Assembly: GCA_964016885.1 (NCBI GenBank)
Contig: OZ024750.1
Location: 11,718,001 to 11,782,000 of the forward strand
Length of the DNA stretch: 64,000 nucleotides
Reading direction: 5' to 3'
Origin: Eledone cirrhosa
Taxonomy: Eukaryota
Below the pieces are notes generated by a model. It made no database searches. It was not told the DNA's origin and saw only the letters and a list, made by a program, of their open reading frames with translations. Both the position numbers and the translations under genes were made by a program. Numbering within the stretch: the first letter of the stretch is position 1; every line of letters starts with the position of its first letter. This document shows, piece by piece, positions 36,373-48,531 of this stretch.

Positions 36373-39300
36373 ATTATTTTTGACCTCCATTTCCATTCTT
36401 CATTGCATAAATAGTTGAGGTATTTCTCTGATATAATTTATTCAGATTAAAGTTCATATTAAGTAGAGCGTGAAAAATGTTGTTAACTCAGGCGTCGCTA
36501 TAGATTCTTATCATAATGCAGATTGTCCGCTTAATTTCCTTTTTTTTTTAAAATAAATATTTTATTATTTAGGCTCGCAAACCAACATTTTTTTTTTAAA
36601 CCTAGACATTGTTTTGTGATTATTTAGAACGGTTTAGTACAAAGGAGGTGTATCAGACCAGTGTATTGAATTAAATATATTGAAACTCAATTGGTTGGTT
36701 ATAGTGAGGTTAAGGGTGCGTTTTCTCTTTCAGTCTAAAGGGTTGATAAAATAGAAATGTCAATGAATAAGGTATTGATTTGATCACCAGTTCATTATTT
36801 ATGAGTTTAAATCCGCTTGAGAAATTCTGTTGTGTTTAGTCACAGTACTATATTCTTGGAATACCAGGGTTTACTCATAATAGAGTTGTATCCTGTTTTG
36901 GGTGTAGAGACGAGTTAAATACCTGCTTTGAGGCCATTTTAGATTTGTGAAAAGATTAACTTTGTACACTTGGGTTAACCCATTTACTTACACTCTTCCC
37001 ATACAAATATTGCCCTGTCTATATCTAGTAAACTATTTTATTGAAGGTGTTTTAGTATAGAAATAAGGGAACAAATTGACAACCATGAGAGCATTAAATA
37101 GATTACCTCCATAGTCCCTGGAGTTAAGATTAATGCAGGCAAGATTTCGCAGCTCTAGCATAACTCCTTCATAGTTAGCCTATGAACTTTTCAGGTCGCC
37201 CTCATAGCTACAGGTGTGTCAGTTACTTCAAACGTCTTCACCTTTGTTTATATGATTCAATTTATGAGAGAAGTTAGTTTCTTATAAACCTTTCAATCTA
37301 TCCAGGAGATTTGTCTCTTATTTACATTAATGTTTTATGGGAAGACAAAGATAAGGAATAATTTCAGCTTCAAAATATAGGAATTAACTGTTTGAAAATA
37401 TATCTTTCAGTAAAAGGGCAAGGGTAAAGACTCCCTTCGGTGATGAACGACCATGGGGTTTACACCTAGAAAGTTCCCTCCGAAGCACAAGTAAACTATA
37501 AAAGAAAAACCACAATAAAAAATAAAAACAAACCAAGTAGATTGTATACTGTGTGTATGTCTGTGTGCCTTGGCCTAATTAAATTTTAAGGTTCACACTA
37601 TCCCTAGCTGAGGGTCCCTTGTGAAATGTTCATCAGATAATGGAATATCTGATTTAGAAAGCCCAAATATTTGATAACTTCATGGCAAGAAAATCATAAA
37701 CATTCAATTTCAAACCAACAGAATCTTTTTTTTCCCTGTTTTAACTATTTTTCTTCTTGGTTTTGAAACATCAACATTGTACACTGTGTATGTGTGTATA
37801 TATTTGTGTGTGTATATATTTGTGTGTGTATATATATGTGTATGTATTTATTTGTGTATGTGTTTATATTTGTGTGTGTGTGTATATATTTATGTGTGTG
37901 TATATATTTATGTGTATATATTTGTGTGTGGTTGTGTGTCCATATGTGTATATAATTTGACATTTAGTCAAATTGATAATTTCTTGTGGAGCAAATATCA
38001 AAGTTGTAGCATTAGTAAAAGTAGGTTTTACTGGATTCCTGCTGAATGTAATGTAAGCTATAGTCTCGCGTAATTCTTGAGTGGCCTTTAAGGATCATTG
38101 CTTAGTTCAGTTTTTATACCATTAAGCAGATGAGAGATATATTTCTTCCTGGATAGAACACATATCTGTTGTGGCTAACTTTCCCTAGACTTGACAGCAT
38201 GGTGAACTGAAGCAGTGTAGTATGAAGTGTTCTGCACTAAAATATAGCCAAATGTTACAGTAAATATGAAGAAGTCCAGTATCTTATCCCAGTCAACTCA
38301 ACTATACAGTAGATTTCAGTTCCCTCCTATACAGGCTTACTTCCTTTCTTTCCCTCATCTCCTTTGTGAGTTTCACCAACCTAAGAGCAACATTCATATT
38401 TCTGCCTACGTCTACCTCAGTTTTGCTATTCTTAAAAATGAGATAAACTGAGGCACTTAGTAGTATCAAGTACACAATAAAATAAGTACATTGGATTTGA
38501 ACTGAAGACTGAATAAGCTGGTTGTCCAATATCTTGAGCCTCTTGGCTATTTTGATTCTCCAGTGAAATATTGAGATTATTTTTGTCTTCAAGTTAAAAT
38601 TTCAATCAATCTGTATTGCTTCAAGGTAGAAAAAAAATTGACCTTATGAAATCTCTTAGAAAATAGAATTGAAACAATTTATAAGTGTAAAAATGAGCTG
38701 AGCTGTGTGTGCATGTGTCGGATGTATGTATTAAATACTCCTCTCTGACTGTGCGTATGTGTGTATTAAACATTCCTCTGTGACTCTGTGTGTATATGTG
38801 TGAGATATATGTATTAAAAGCTGATGTGACTGTATATTTGGACAATATGCAAGCTATATTCAAATATAGTTACAATAATGAAGGTTTTTAAAGTAATATG
38901 TGTTGCTTTTTGTTATAATTTTATTCTTAATCTGTCACATGCTATTTTTTTTGTTTTGTTCATTCATACATTCTATATATATAGTTAGAAGTATCTTTCC
39001 TCAAAAATGTTATTAGGAGTATGTGTGTGTATGTATGTGTCTGTATATGTGTGTGTGGTTAAAGAGTTTGCTTTGCAACCACATATTGTTGCGTTCAATT
39101 CCACTGCATCCTTTGTGTGTATTTAGTTATGGCCCATAATGAGTTCAAATCCAACAAAGGTCAATTTTACCTTCCATCCTTCCAAGGTCAATAAAGTACC
39201 AGTCAAGTATTGGGGGAATCTAATTGGCAGTCAATTGTCTCAAACTATAGGAAATAATAATAATAACAATAATTATTAAAAAATTGTTTATTTTTTTCCT

Positions 39301-39987
39301 AATTTCTTTCTTTCATCTAATCTTGTTCTTCAGTCTATATTGACTTGTTATTTCACATAACTTTAATGATTAAAGTTAGCCACTCCACGAAGAAAAATTA
39401 TATTTAAATCTTCACTTCAAGACATTTAAAGGTCATTGCAATTAATTTATTTAATTCTCTTTTATTTTATTTTATTGCTAACAATAAAAAAAAATTTTCA
39501 AAAGTCAGTTTCAAATTTATTTAAAAAAATTTGGGTTTGCCCTATTGCTGGTATTCAAACTAATGATATTTTCAAAGTACTTCATATAAAGAAACACCTC
39601 ACCTTCATCTTATGAGAAATTTGTTGATTTATAACTGTTTTACATCCATTTTCTTTCAATACTAATATTGGTAAAAGGATTTCTTTCTTTCAAAATTGAA
39701 ATTTTTCTGTATTATTAGAATAATCGTGTGTGTATATTTGTGTTTTAATCCTTTCATTACTGTATTTCTAATGAAATACAGTGTCTTCTTCTACACCCAC
39801 TTATTTCTGAGAGAGTCGTGGAGGCCGAGTCCTCAAACACTCCTTCCAGCTGGTTCTGTTAGAAGCAACTTCAGTCCTGTATGAGCAAGACACGGTCACC
39901 TGACCTAACATTGCCCACAACAGGACAACCTGTCTAACCCATGCTAGCGTGGAGACATCTACGTAAAACGGTGATGATAATATAAAC

Positions 39988-40196
39988 TCATTTATTTTAA
40001 GGCAAAAAAGTGAGTCTTGTTACTCTAGAGTTTTGCCTGTTTATCACTGGGTCATCAGACAAGAACACTGACGTCCCTGTGATAAACAGGTGAAACTTCA
40101 GAGTAACAAGACTCACTATTTAGCCCTAATAAAAATGAATATTAAAACTCTACTTCAGTATTGAATACTTTCTCTCAGTCGCCAGCCCCATACGGA
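39988..40196 (+). mobile_element. Older, diverged fold-back HHR element
   Basis: Imperfect arms ~39988-40058 and ~40068-40139; minus arm TCTTGT-CTGATGA-...-CTCTAGAG-TA-ACAAGA; plus arm CTGACGT-CCCTGT-GATAA-ACAGGT-GAAA-CTTCAGAG-TA-ACAAGA. Confidence 0.65.
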
Positions 40197-40201
40197 TATA
40201 T

Positions 40202-40368
40202 ATCATCATCATCATTTTACGTCCGCTTTTCCCTGCTTGCAAGGGTGGGACGGGAACTGATTCTGGCTTGATTTCTACAGCTGGATGCCCTTCCTAACAC
40301 CAACCTCATTTACAGTGAGTGCTGGGTGCTTTTTTGCCGTGGCACCTCCACGACCACTTTACAGTGGA
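40202..40368 (-). mobile_element. Retroelement 3' part with (GAT)n tail
   Basis: Homologous to 33930-34150. Confidence 0.7.
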
Positions 40369-40391
40369 ATGATAGGGAGCCCAGTCCCTAT

Positions 40392-40537
40392 CATCTCATT
40401 TCTGCAGCTGAGTAAACTGGAGCAATGTGAAATAAAGTGTCTTGCTCAAGGAAACAACACATCACCCGGTCTGAGAATTGAACTCACAACCTTTTGATTG
40501 TAAGCCCAATGCTCTAACCACTAAGCCATGTGCCTCC
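40392..40537 (-). mobile_element. tRNA-derived SINE 5' half
   Basis: Reverse complement reads GGAGGCACATGGCTTAGTGGTTAGAGC..GAGTTCAATTC..CCTTGAGCAAGACACTTTATTTCAC; homologous to 43095-43260. Confidence 0.8.
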
Positions 40538-40542
40538 ATTAA

Positions 40543-40656
40543 TGCTTACGGCACCTAAGGTTCCCAAGCGGTCACCCATCTAAGTACTAATTAGGCTCGA
40601 CGTTGCTTAACTTCGGTGATCGGACAAGAACCAGTGTTTTCAGCATGATATGGCCG

Positions 40657-40661
<5 letters not shown>
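40543..40661 (-). pseudogene. Full-length 5S rRNA-derived copy (probable pseudogene or SINE head)
   Basis: Reverse complement reads ..TTACGGCCATATCATGCTGAAAACACTGGTTCTTGTCCGATCACCGAAGTTAAGCAACGTCGAGCC..TTAGTACTTAGATGGGTGACCGCTTGGGAA..GGTGCCGTAAGCA (119 nt); several substitutions relative to typical animal 5S, and no oligo-T terminator. Confidence 0.9.
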
Positions 40662-40694
<33 letters not shown>

Positions 40695-41325
40695 CATCAT
40701 CATTTAATTGCTATCTTCCACACTAGCATAGGTTAGATGGGTCAGGTGACCTGGCCGTGTCTCGCTCAATGTATATATATGTATATTCATTTTATGTCTG
40801 TTTTTCTTTCATGTTTGCATATATAATGCACACAAAATATATACTTTTTTTATCTGATTGTTTGATTAGCAACCTGCCTTAGTGTGTGATATCATCCGAG
40901 TCATTTTCTCAAAGCTAAACTAGGTTATACACACTAAACATGAGATTCTAACACTAATAATACTACTAATAATATTTTATGAAAGAATGACATTCTAAAC
41001 ATGACATGATTATATAAAAACCCTAGCACCAGGTTGGTTAACTTGGTTGTATGTCTAAAGCTGCACCTATTTCTTTCAGCCTGTCTGATTTTTTAAAATA
41101 TTTATTTCAATTCTATTTTTTTTCTGCTATTTTATGTCTTCTTTTGCGTATATCTCTCTAGTGTTACATTATTTGTGTCAAAAAGGTGTGAAAAGGTGCG
41201 TTGAGAATATTAAATGAAGTAAAATTTCTTCCAAGTATGTGTGGCTGTCTCTCAATGTTTATCGTATGCATGAGTATGTGTTTATCACACACACACACAC
41301 ACATGTATGTGAATATGTGTATGTG

Positions 41326-41356
<31 letters not shown>

Positions 41357-41357
41357 C

Positions 41358-42035
41358 ATCATCATCATCATCACTTCACGTCCATCTTTCACGCTAGCAT
41401 GGGTTTGGACGGTAATTTTCCCACTTGAGGCAAGATTGATTGTCTTGCTCGCATAGGACTGTCTGGCGGGTTTTCTACGGCTGGATGCCCTTCCTAACAC
41501 CAACCACGTTTACAATGTGGACTGGGAGGTTTTTACCATGTTACCTACACGGCCACATTACAGCGTGGACTGTGTGTTTTTTTGTCGTGACACCTACACG
41601 ACCTCATTTATTTAGGACTGGATGTTGTGGTACCAACATAACTTTACATCGAAAGGGGGTGGGGGTAGTGGGACGGGGGTGTATTTTGGTAAGAGGTGCC
41701 TACTGACTGTAGGTTTCGCTTTACACTTAGGCAAGGTGGGTCTTCTGTATTACTGCGTAGCGCCAAAGATCTCGGTCCAGTGACATTGTCTTGGAGAGGT
41801 GTAAGTGTGTGAGGTCGGAATTTATCAAGTCGTCCCAGGTTTTTCTGGGTCTGCCTACTCCGTGGCTACCGTCTATTTTGATCACCCTGCACTTTTTTAT
41901 ACAGCTGTCCTCTTTCATGCGCATCACGTGACCATACAAACGTAGTCTTCTCTCGAGTAAACAACATCTGATCCCTCTTATTCCTAATTTCTCACTTAGT
42001 TCATGTATGCTTTGCTGTTCATGTATATTACTATT
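41358..42035 (-). mobile_element. RTE LINE 3' end (ORF C-terminus, ~370-nt 3' region and (GAT)n tail)
   Basis: LSEKLGIRGI..ERRLRLYGHVMRM..GRPRKTWDDLI..DRDLWRYAV in ORF 41727-42041. Confidence 0.9.
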
Positions 42036-42290
42036 ACACACACATATATATATATATATCCAAATTAAAGGATGAGTATTTAAACTTTATTTTATTCTGA
42101 GTTAAGATGCTATTGTTTTTTTCCCTGGATTTCACAAAATCTGTGGATAAAATTTCTGTCTTGATTTTTTTTTAAAATTGAGTTTGAATTATTTTCCCAT
42201 ATCTTACATTAAATATTTTCCATTTTGACGTTATAGTCACTTATATATTATGAAATACTGTTGGCTTCTTGCTCACATTAATTTCTCTAT

Positions 42291-42328
<38 letters not shown>

Positions 42329-42609
42329 AAAAAAAATATATATATAGTGTGTGTGAATGTGTGATTTACTCTGTTTTTAATCTTTCTCAGTAGATATAGG
42401 ACATTCACAGTAACAATGCAGTCAATCATCAGTTTTGATTGGAAATATGTGTAACACATTCACACACATTGTTTCTATATAAATATACATATATATATAT
42501 ATCATCATCATCTTCGTTTAACGTCCATTTTCCACGCTAGCATGGGTTTATATATATATATATAGCGTGGAAGATGGACGTTAAACGCAGATGATGATGA
42601 TGGTAAATA

Positions 42610-43055
42610 TAAGACAATGTCACTGGATCGAGATCAAGTAATACAGAAGACCTGCCTTCCCTACATGCAAAGTTAGCCTACAGTCAGTAGGCACCTCTTA
42701 ACCAAATATACACCCCAATGCACCACTCCTACACCACCCTTTCTCTATAAAGTTATGTTGGTACAACAGAACATCCAGTCCAAACTAAAGAGGTTGTGTA
42801 GGTGACAAAAACAAAACAAAAAAAAAACAGTCAACGCTGTAATGTGGTCGTGTAGGTAACACGGTAAAAAGCTCCCATTCCACACTGAAAATGTGGTTGG
42901 TGTTAGGAAGAGCATCCAACCATAGAAAACCTGCCGGATAGCCCTATACAAGCAAGACACAGCCACCCGACCAATCTTGCTTGCCTCAAGTGGGACAACT
43001 CCCGTCTAACCCATGCTAGAGTGGAAGATAGACGTTAAACGATGATGATAATGAT
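42610..43055 (+). mobile_element. Second, diverged copy of the same RTE 3' end in inverted orientation
   Basis: AAGACAATGTCACTGGA..CCTACAGTCAGTAGGCACCTCTTA..GACGTTAAACGATGATGAT is the reverse complement of 41358-41792. Confidence 0.8.
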
Positions 43056-43056
43056 A

Positions 43057-43094
<38 letters not shown>

Positions 43095-43097
<3 letters not shown>

Positions 43098-43440
43098 CAC
43101 ATGGCCTTGTGGTTAAAACATTGGGCCTTGCAATTGAAACATGAATGTCCCCCTCCCTACTACTAAGTTCAATTCTTGGACCGGGTGATGCGTTGTGTCC
43201 TTGAGCAGGACACTTTATTTCACGTTGCTCCAGTTCACTCAGCTGTAGAAATGAGTCACGATGTCACTGGTGCCAAGCTGTATCGGCCATTGCCTTTCCC
43301 TGGGACATCATTGGTGGCATGGAGAGAGGAGAGACTGGTATGCATGGGACACTGTTGGTCTTTCACAAACAACCTTGCCTCGGAGAGAAACTTTCTAGGT
43401 GCAAATCCCATGGTCATTCGTGACCGAAGGGGGTCTTCTC
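43095..43440 (+). mobile_element. Near full-length tRNA-derived SINE
   Basis: GCACATGGCCTTGTGGTTA head, GTGTCCTTGAGCAGGACACTT core, and 3' end CCCATGGTCATTCGTGACCGAAGGGGGTCTT; related fragments at ~20410-20540 and 37420-37490 (minus). Confidence 0.8.
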
Positions 43441-43575
43441 TTCTCTGTATATAATGTCTTTCTTTTTATTCTTTCTAATCACTAAAATTAAATTTCTGGT
43501 TTTCTTTTTTTTTTTTTTTTTTTCTGGAATAAATTTTTAAAGTATTTAAAGAACCTGATGACACTTTTAGCTTTC

Positions 43576-43609
<34 letters not shown>

Positions 43610-43771
43610 ACGTGAGTTTTTGTTTTCCATTTTGTGTGTGTGTGTATGCATGTGTGTTTGTGTGTGTTATATATATATATATATGTAAAAAGTAAACAGA
43701 AATAACAACACAATCGGTACAGTATATGGAAGGTATATATTAGGTTAACGCTTGATATAGCAGGAAGAGGG

Positions 43772-43807
43772 TCTTAACGTTTCAGACGCTAGTCCTTCAT
43801 CAGAAGA
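43772..43807 (-). ncRNA. Minimal type I hammerhead ribozyme motif
   Basis: Reverse complement reads TCTT-CTGATGA-A-GGAC-TAGC-GTCT-GAAA-CG-TT-AAGA; palindromic stem III ACGT; an ~85-nt tail and then (TA)n follow. Confidence 0.75.
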
Positions 43808-43964
43808 AAGAATGAGAAATAAAATAGATTGAGGGGACGGGCAGGATGGAATTGGAAAAAATGTCTTTAGATAAAAATAACAGGTCCATTCATGTTGACA
43901 TCTCTTAGGTAGTAGTAGGGTTGTGTGAGTTTGAGTTCAGTGCCATTGAGTGGCACTTGGGTGT

Positions 43965-44145
43965 CTTTGTGACACCCAAACTACCGCCAACTAACTTATA
44001 CTCCGCCTCTGGGTCCGGCAGTCGACATGATGGAGATTACATTACCCCAGCGGACGGTAAGGGAGACGTGCTGAAACAACCACCCCTCCTTGTGGGGCTT
44101 GCACATGCAGGCGACCAACTCCGCTGCGATAGCAGTGAGTAAGGA
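43965..44145 (-). mobile_element. CRE-like (restriction-like endonuclease) non-LTR retrotransposon C-terminal remnant
   Basis: LLTAIAAELVACMCKPHKEGWLFQHVSLTVRWGNVISIM resembles, from memory, the E..(W/F)LFQRLS.A.QRGNA.SI C-terminal motif of CRE-clade proteins; second copy at 13088-13225. Confidence 0.6.
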
Positions 44146-44523
44146 TATCATATCAGTTTGTAATTCTGGATTTGTTATTGTGGAGTAGCAGCCAGTTCTG
44201 CTTGGAAACCTGTTAATGTAATGAGGCCAGTGAAACCTAAACCTGCCACAGACTCTGACAGCCATAATTATTCTAACCTTTTTAAGGACTTATTTACTTT
44301 TCCATTGCCTACCCTACCTCTCTTCTTCAATGGTTCAGCCGTGTAGGTTTTTATTTTAGTTGTTACCAAATGATGGGTTATTATTGGTGCTAAATAAATT
44401 AAATGATGATTTAAGTTGTACAACTTGGACATGAATGTCCCCCTCCCTACTACTAATAAACTATAAAATTAGGTATATTTCTTATTTTGGAAAACTAAAC
44501 ACATAGAGAGAGAGAGAGACACA

Positions 44524-44565
<42 letters not shown>

Positions 44566-45332
44566 GACACATGCACACTGATACACACACATACAGACAC
44601 ACGTTCCATAGAGAAAGAAAGAAAAAAAAAACGCAACAGAAAACAAGCTATAATAACAATTTATCTGTAAGTGCTGTAAAATGTTTTCATATGTAATAAT
44701 TGTGTTTGAAGTCTGAACTATTATGAAAGTAGTGTTTATTATTGGTCAATGAATGACTCTGTTAGACTAAACAAATGTTCTACAACATCTGTGATGTGAG
44801 GGTACTTATACAACAAATAGAATCAATAATTTTAATCAAATGAGACCTAAAAAAAAAATAAAACATTGTAACATTATTCCTATATCTAACTCTTCAATAT
44901 GCTATCAGTTTTAGAAATCATTTGGGCTGAATATTGGTTACAGATTAGAGACCTGATAATAGAGATATATGCCATTGTACGCTTTGGTCTTGAATAATTG
45001 CCCCCCCCCCCCCCCCCCCATTAATTTTTCAGATTTTTTCCAACATCTCTCTCCCCTGCTTATTAAATGTTACTAATTTATCTGGTGAAATTTTATTTTA
45101 AGTGGTTGCATTCCCGTGACTATTTTCTTTATACATAAAAATAAACATTATTACATGACAAAAAAAAGTACATTACTAGAAATCCCATACGTTATAAAAT
45201 AAATAGGAGGGGTGGGGGAGGGTCTCAATATGTAAACTAAACGACTAATTCTGGTTTTTGAAGAAAAAAAGATCACCGGAGACAACCTAGGAAGATTACC
45301 CAAATATTTGGGACCCGAGAGTATTTCTAGTA

Positions 45333-45366
<34 letters not shown>

Positions 45367-45409
45367 CACTGGTTTCTGCAGTTTCCATCTACTAAATTTC
45401 ACCTATAAG

Positions 45410-45633
45410 GTATTGGTCAACCAGAGGCTATAGAAGATACTTGCCCAAGGTGTCACTGGTCAACGAGAGGCTATAGTAGAAGATACTTGCCTAAGGTGAC
45501 AATGGTCAGCCAGAGGCTATAGTAGAAGATACTTGCCCAAGGTGTCAATGGTCAACCAGGGGTTATAGTAAAAGATACTTGCCTAAGATGTTATTGATCA
45601 TCCAGAGGCTATAGAGACACTTGCCTAAGGTGA
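45410..45633 (-). repeat. Tandemly amplified ~42-45-bp SINE segment (5 copies)
   Basis: Repeats of GGTCAACCAGAGGCTATAGTAGAAGATACTTGCCCAAGGTG; the reverse complement resembles GCACCTTGGGCAAGT at 19832. Confidence 0.75.
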
Positions 45634-46896
45634 CATGCTGTAAACCAATTGTCTACTACAACAAAGTACCAACTTTTGAGTTTCAGGCAGTAGACCTTCA
45701 TTTATTTAAAATAGCCCACGTAATGCAACAGAAAAACATTTCTTTTTCCTTTTTCAAACCATCGAAGGGTAGAGAGTTTTTAATCTCATTTTCTCCCATA
45801 ATACGATAGTTTAAAATATATTTCGTTTTAATTCAGTTCTCGAAAGAATAAACTTTAAAAAGCATGTTGCAGGGGAGATAACCTTTTCATTACTTTGGCA
45901 AATAAGAGAAAATACTATTATGATAGAAATCTACCATGAAAAGTAAAACATATTTCAAATAACAACGCAACAGATATTTAAAAACGGGAAATGAAGGGAA
46001 GGGTAAGGGCTCTGGTGTTAGAGAAGAAGGGGAGGGGAGATGGTGATAGGCTCTATGCCTGCAGTGGGACGGTATCTGGGCTGCGCTCCGCAGACAAAAC
46101 TGCAAAGGTATTTCCGGGGATAATGGCCACCGACATCCACTGCAACAGTCACCCCCACCTCGCAAGGGCTCCTTCCTCAGACGGGCTGCTGATAGAATTA
46201 GCAGTGTGGTTTGAGCTTCAGAAAGAATACTTTGTGATATTTTTTGTTCCGACTTTTTTGGCTCTAAGTTGAAATTTCAGCTAATACTAACTTTACCTTT
46301 TATCATTTAGGGGGTTTATAAAGTACTAGTCCAAAGGGGCGATGGGTTAGTGAAATTGTTAATAAAGCGTTGGACCGTTGGATGTGATATTTTGCGATAT
46401 CACATCTAAATTGGTGTGTGATGAGTTCAGATCCCGTCTGTCACCGGAAAAACAGTAACATTCTATCAGAAACTGTTTGTGTTCTGATCTAAAAGAAAAA
46501 ACACCAGCTTCTTTCCTCTCCTTTTTTTTTTTATTTAACATGAATTATCTCCCATGTATTTCTTATATTTTAATATTTACACTTTCTTGTCAGTCTTATC
46601 TTTAAATAAAGTGTATGTAATACACTAATTCACTAGCTATCGTATGCCAATATTTTTACATTTAACACTCTTTCTTGAATTCTGTTGTTGTTTCCTGTTT
46701 TGCATGTTGCAAATAAAGTAAGAGAATTCTTTACATCTTTGTTTTTTTAATTTTTTTTTTTTTATTTCAAAGTTGAAAAATATTCCTGTTTTATTATAAT
46801 CTATGAAAGGTCGACTAAACCATTTAAACCCACGACATGTAGTTTGGAAACATTTCTTTTTTGCTTATGAGGTGTATTTAGAATAGTATTTATTTG

Positions 46897-47176
46897 ATGG
46901 GTTGGTAGAATCGTTAGAGCGTCACACAAAATACCTTTACTTAAATATTTAGGTAGAATATGGACAGTGAAATTCTCTTGTATTAATTACATTACGATGA
47001 AGGGCCGTGGAATGGTTTCCTCCCTTTATGTGTTGAGTTCAAATCCCACCGAGGTTAGCTTTGCCTTTCATCCTTACAGGGTAAAAAAATTAAAGTACCA
47101 GTAACGCAATGGGGTAGATTTAATCGACTTTCCCCTCCCCTTCAAATTGTTGACCTTGTGCCTAAATCAGAAACTA
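46897..47176 (+). mobile_element. tRNA-derived SINE (family of 9080-9255) with interrupted head
   Basis: GGTAGAATCGTTAGAGCGTC head and GAGTTCAAATCCCACCGAGGTTAGCTTTGCCTTTCATCC core. Confidence 0.75.
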
Positions 47177-47990
47177 TTAATTACATTACGATAAGTAATT
47201 ATTATTACTACAAGTCTTTCAGTATCTTGTTTCATTACTCTACATTTTATTTAGCACACTCGAGTCTCTTAATTGCTCTCCTGGATATCCTTGTAATCAT
47301 TATACACAACTGTACAGGAAATACAGTCTGGTTTTCTATGGAATATATACAGTAATACATTTATGTAAGACCGTAATCTGAAAATAGGCAGCTTCAGATT
47401 GAATAAGAAAATACTTTTTATCTACAGGACATAATCTTTAGGGGTAGAGAAGAGAAAGTTTGTGCAGTTGCTAGATTATATAATTATATTATGTTTGCAT
47501 AATATATATATTGAAAAAGGTTAGATTAGTGAGGGAGAAAAATAAGAAGAAATAAAGAAAGAAGTTGAAAATATACAACCTTACAACATCTGGAATGAAG
47601 CAGTTAGTGAACTCTGATAGATAAAAATCTTGCAGAGCTAAGAAGGTGGTTGGAAATAAGAGAGGAGCATGTGTTATCTGGAGAAGTAAGATATTTTATG
47701 GTGGTATATATAAGTGATTGGTGAGAACTAGATACATAAATGTTTGAAGCTAGTAACAGATGATTATAATAACTCGATGAAAATAAACTAAATACAAAAC
47801 AAAACTAAAAAACTTAAACTACAAAGTTTTTGAGGTAACATTCGAGGCTGGAAGATAAGAATTTTAGGAAGGTTCCTGAAGTTCTGTACAGTCTAAGATA
47901 ATAGATTAATAAGCAATGTCTCTCCTCCTTCAATGCGCTAATAAAACATTTTAAAATCTATGTTTTGAAACGTTGAGCAGATATGTATTT

Positions 47991-48180
47991 ATTGAAAATT
48001 AACCTAGAGTTAGAAGCTCCAATGCATGTATTTCTTTTACTATGAAACACAGTCTAAAAAATTGGGCATAAAAGTTACAGGTGACACTGTCAACTTTCCC
48101 TTCCAGGGGCTTTTATGCACAATTTGTCAGACTATTTTTGATAGTCCAAAAAATACATGCATTGAAGGTTAATTTTCAAT
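47991..48180. repeat. Degenerate inverted repeat (old MITE or fold-back)
   Basis: ATTGAAAATTAACCT..CAATGCATGTATTT..GCATAAAAG versus CTTTTATGC..AAATACATGCATTG..AGGTTAATTTTCAAT. Confidence 0.65.
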
Positions 48181-48249
48181 TTAAAAAAAAATAGGTAAGA
48201 AAATTTATTTTTTTAATAGTTTACAACAGGTTTTAAAAAAAATATCTTG

Positions 48250-48531
48250 TTAACAAGACACCTTCTATAGATCTGTTATCTGTTCATGTAGTTCCTCTAA
48301 CAAGGCATCTTCTCGAGATCTGTTCATGTAGTTCCTCTAACAAGGCATCTTCTCGAGATCTGTTCATGTAGTTCCTCTAACAAGACATCTTCTATAGATC
48401 TGTTGATCTGTTCATGTAGTTCCTCTAACAAGGCATCTTCTATAGATCTGTTGATAGTTCCTCTAACAAGACATCTATAGATCTGTTGATAGTTCCTCTA
48501 ACAAGACATCTTCTATAGATCTGTTCATGTA
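48250..48531. repeat. Minisatellite, ~39-bp unit GATCTGTTCATGTAGTTCCTCTAACAAGGCATCTTCTATA
   Basis: Direct tandem repetition, about 7 copies. Confidence 0.9.

Noticed and set aside
40543-40661. Functional 5S rRNA gene
   Set aside because: It is solitary, has altered 5' bases and stem substitutions, lacks an oligo-T terminator, and is embedded among retroelements.
45869-45885. GCAGGGGAGATA resembling the U1 snRNA 5' region
   Set aside because: The match is only 12 nt; there is no ATACTTACCTG start or downstream U1 sequence.
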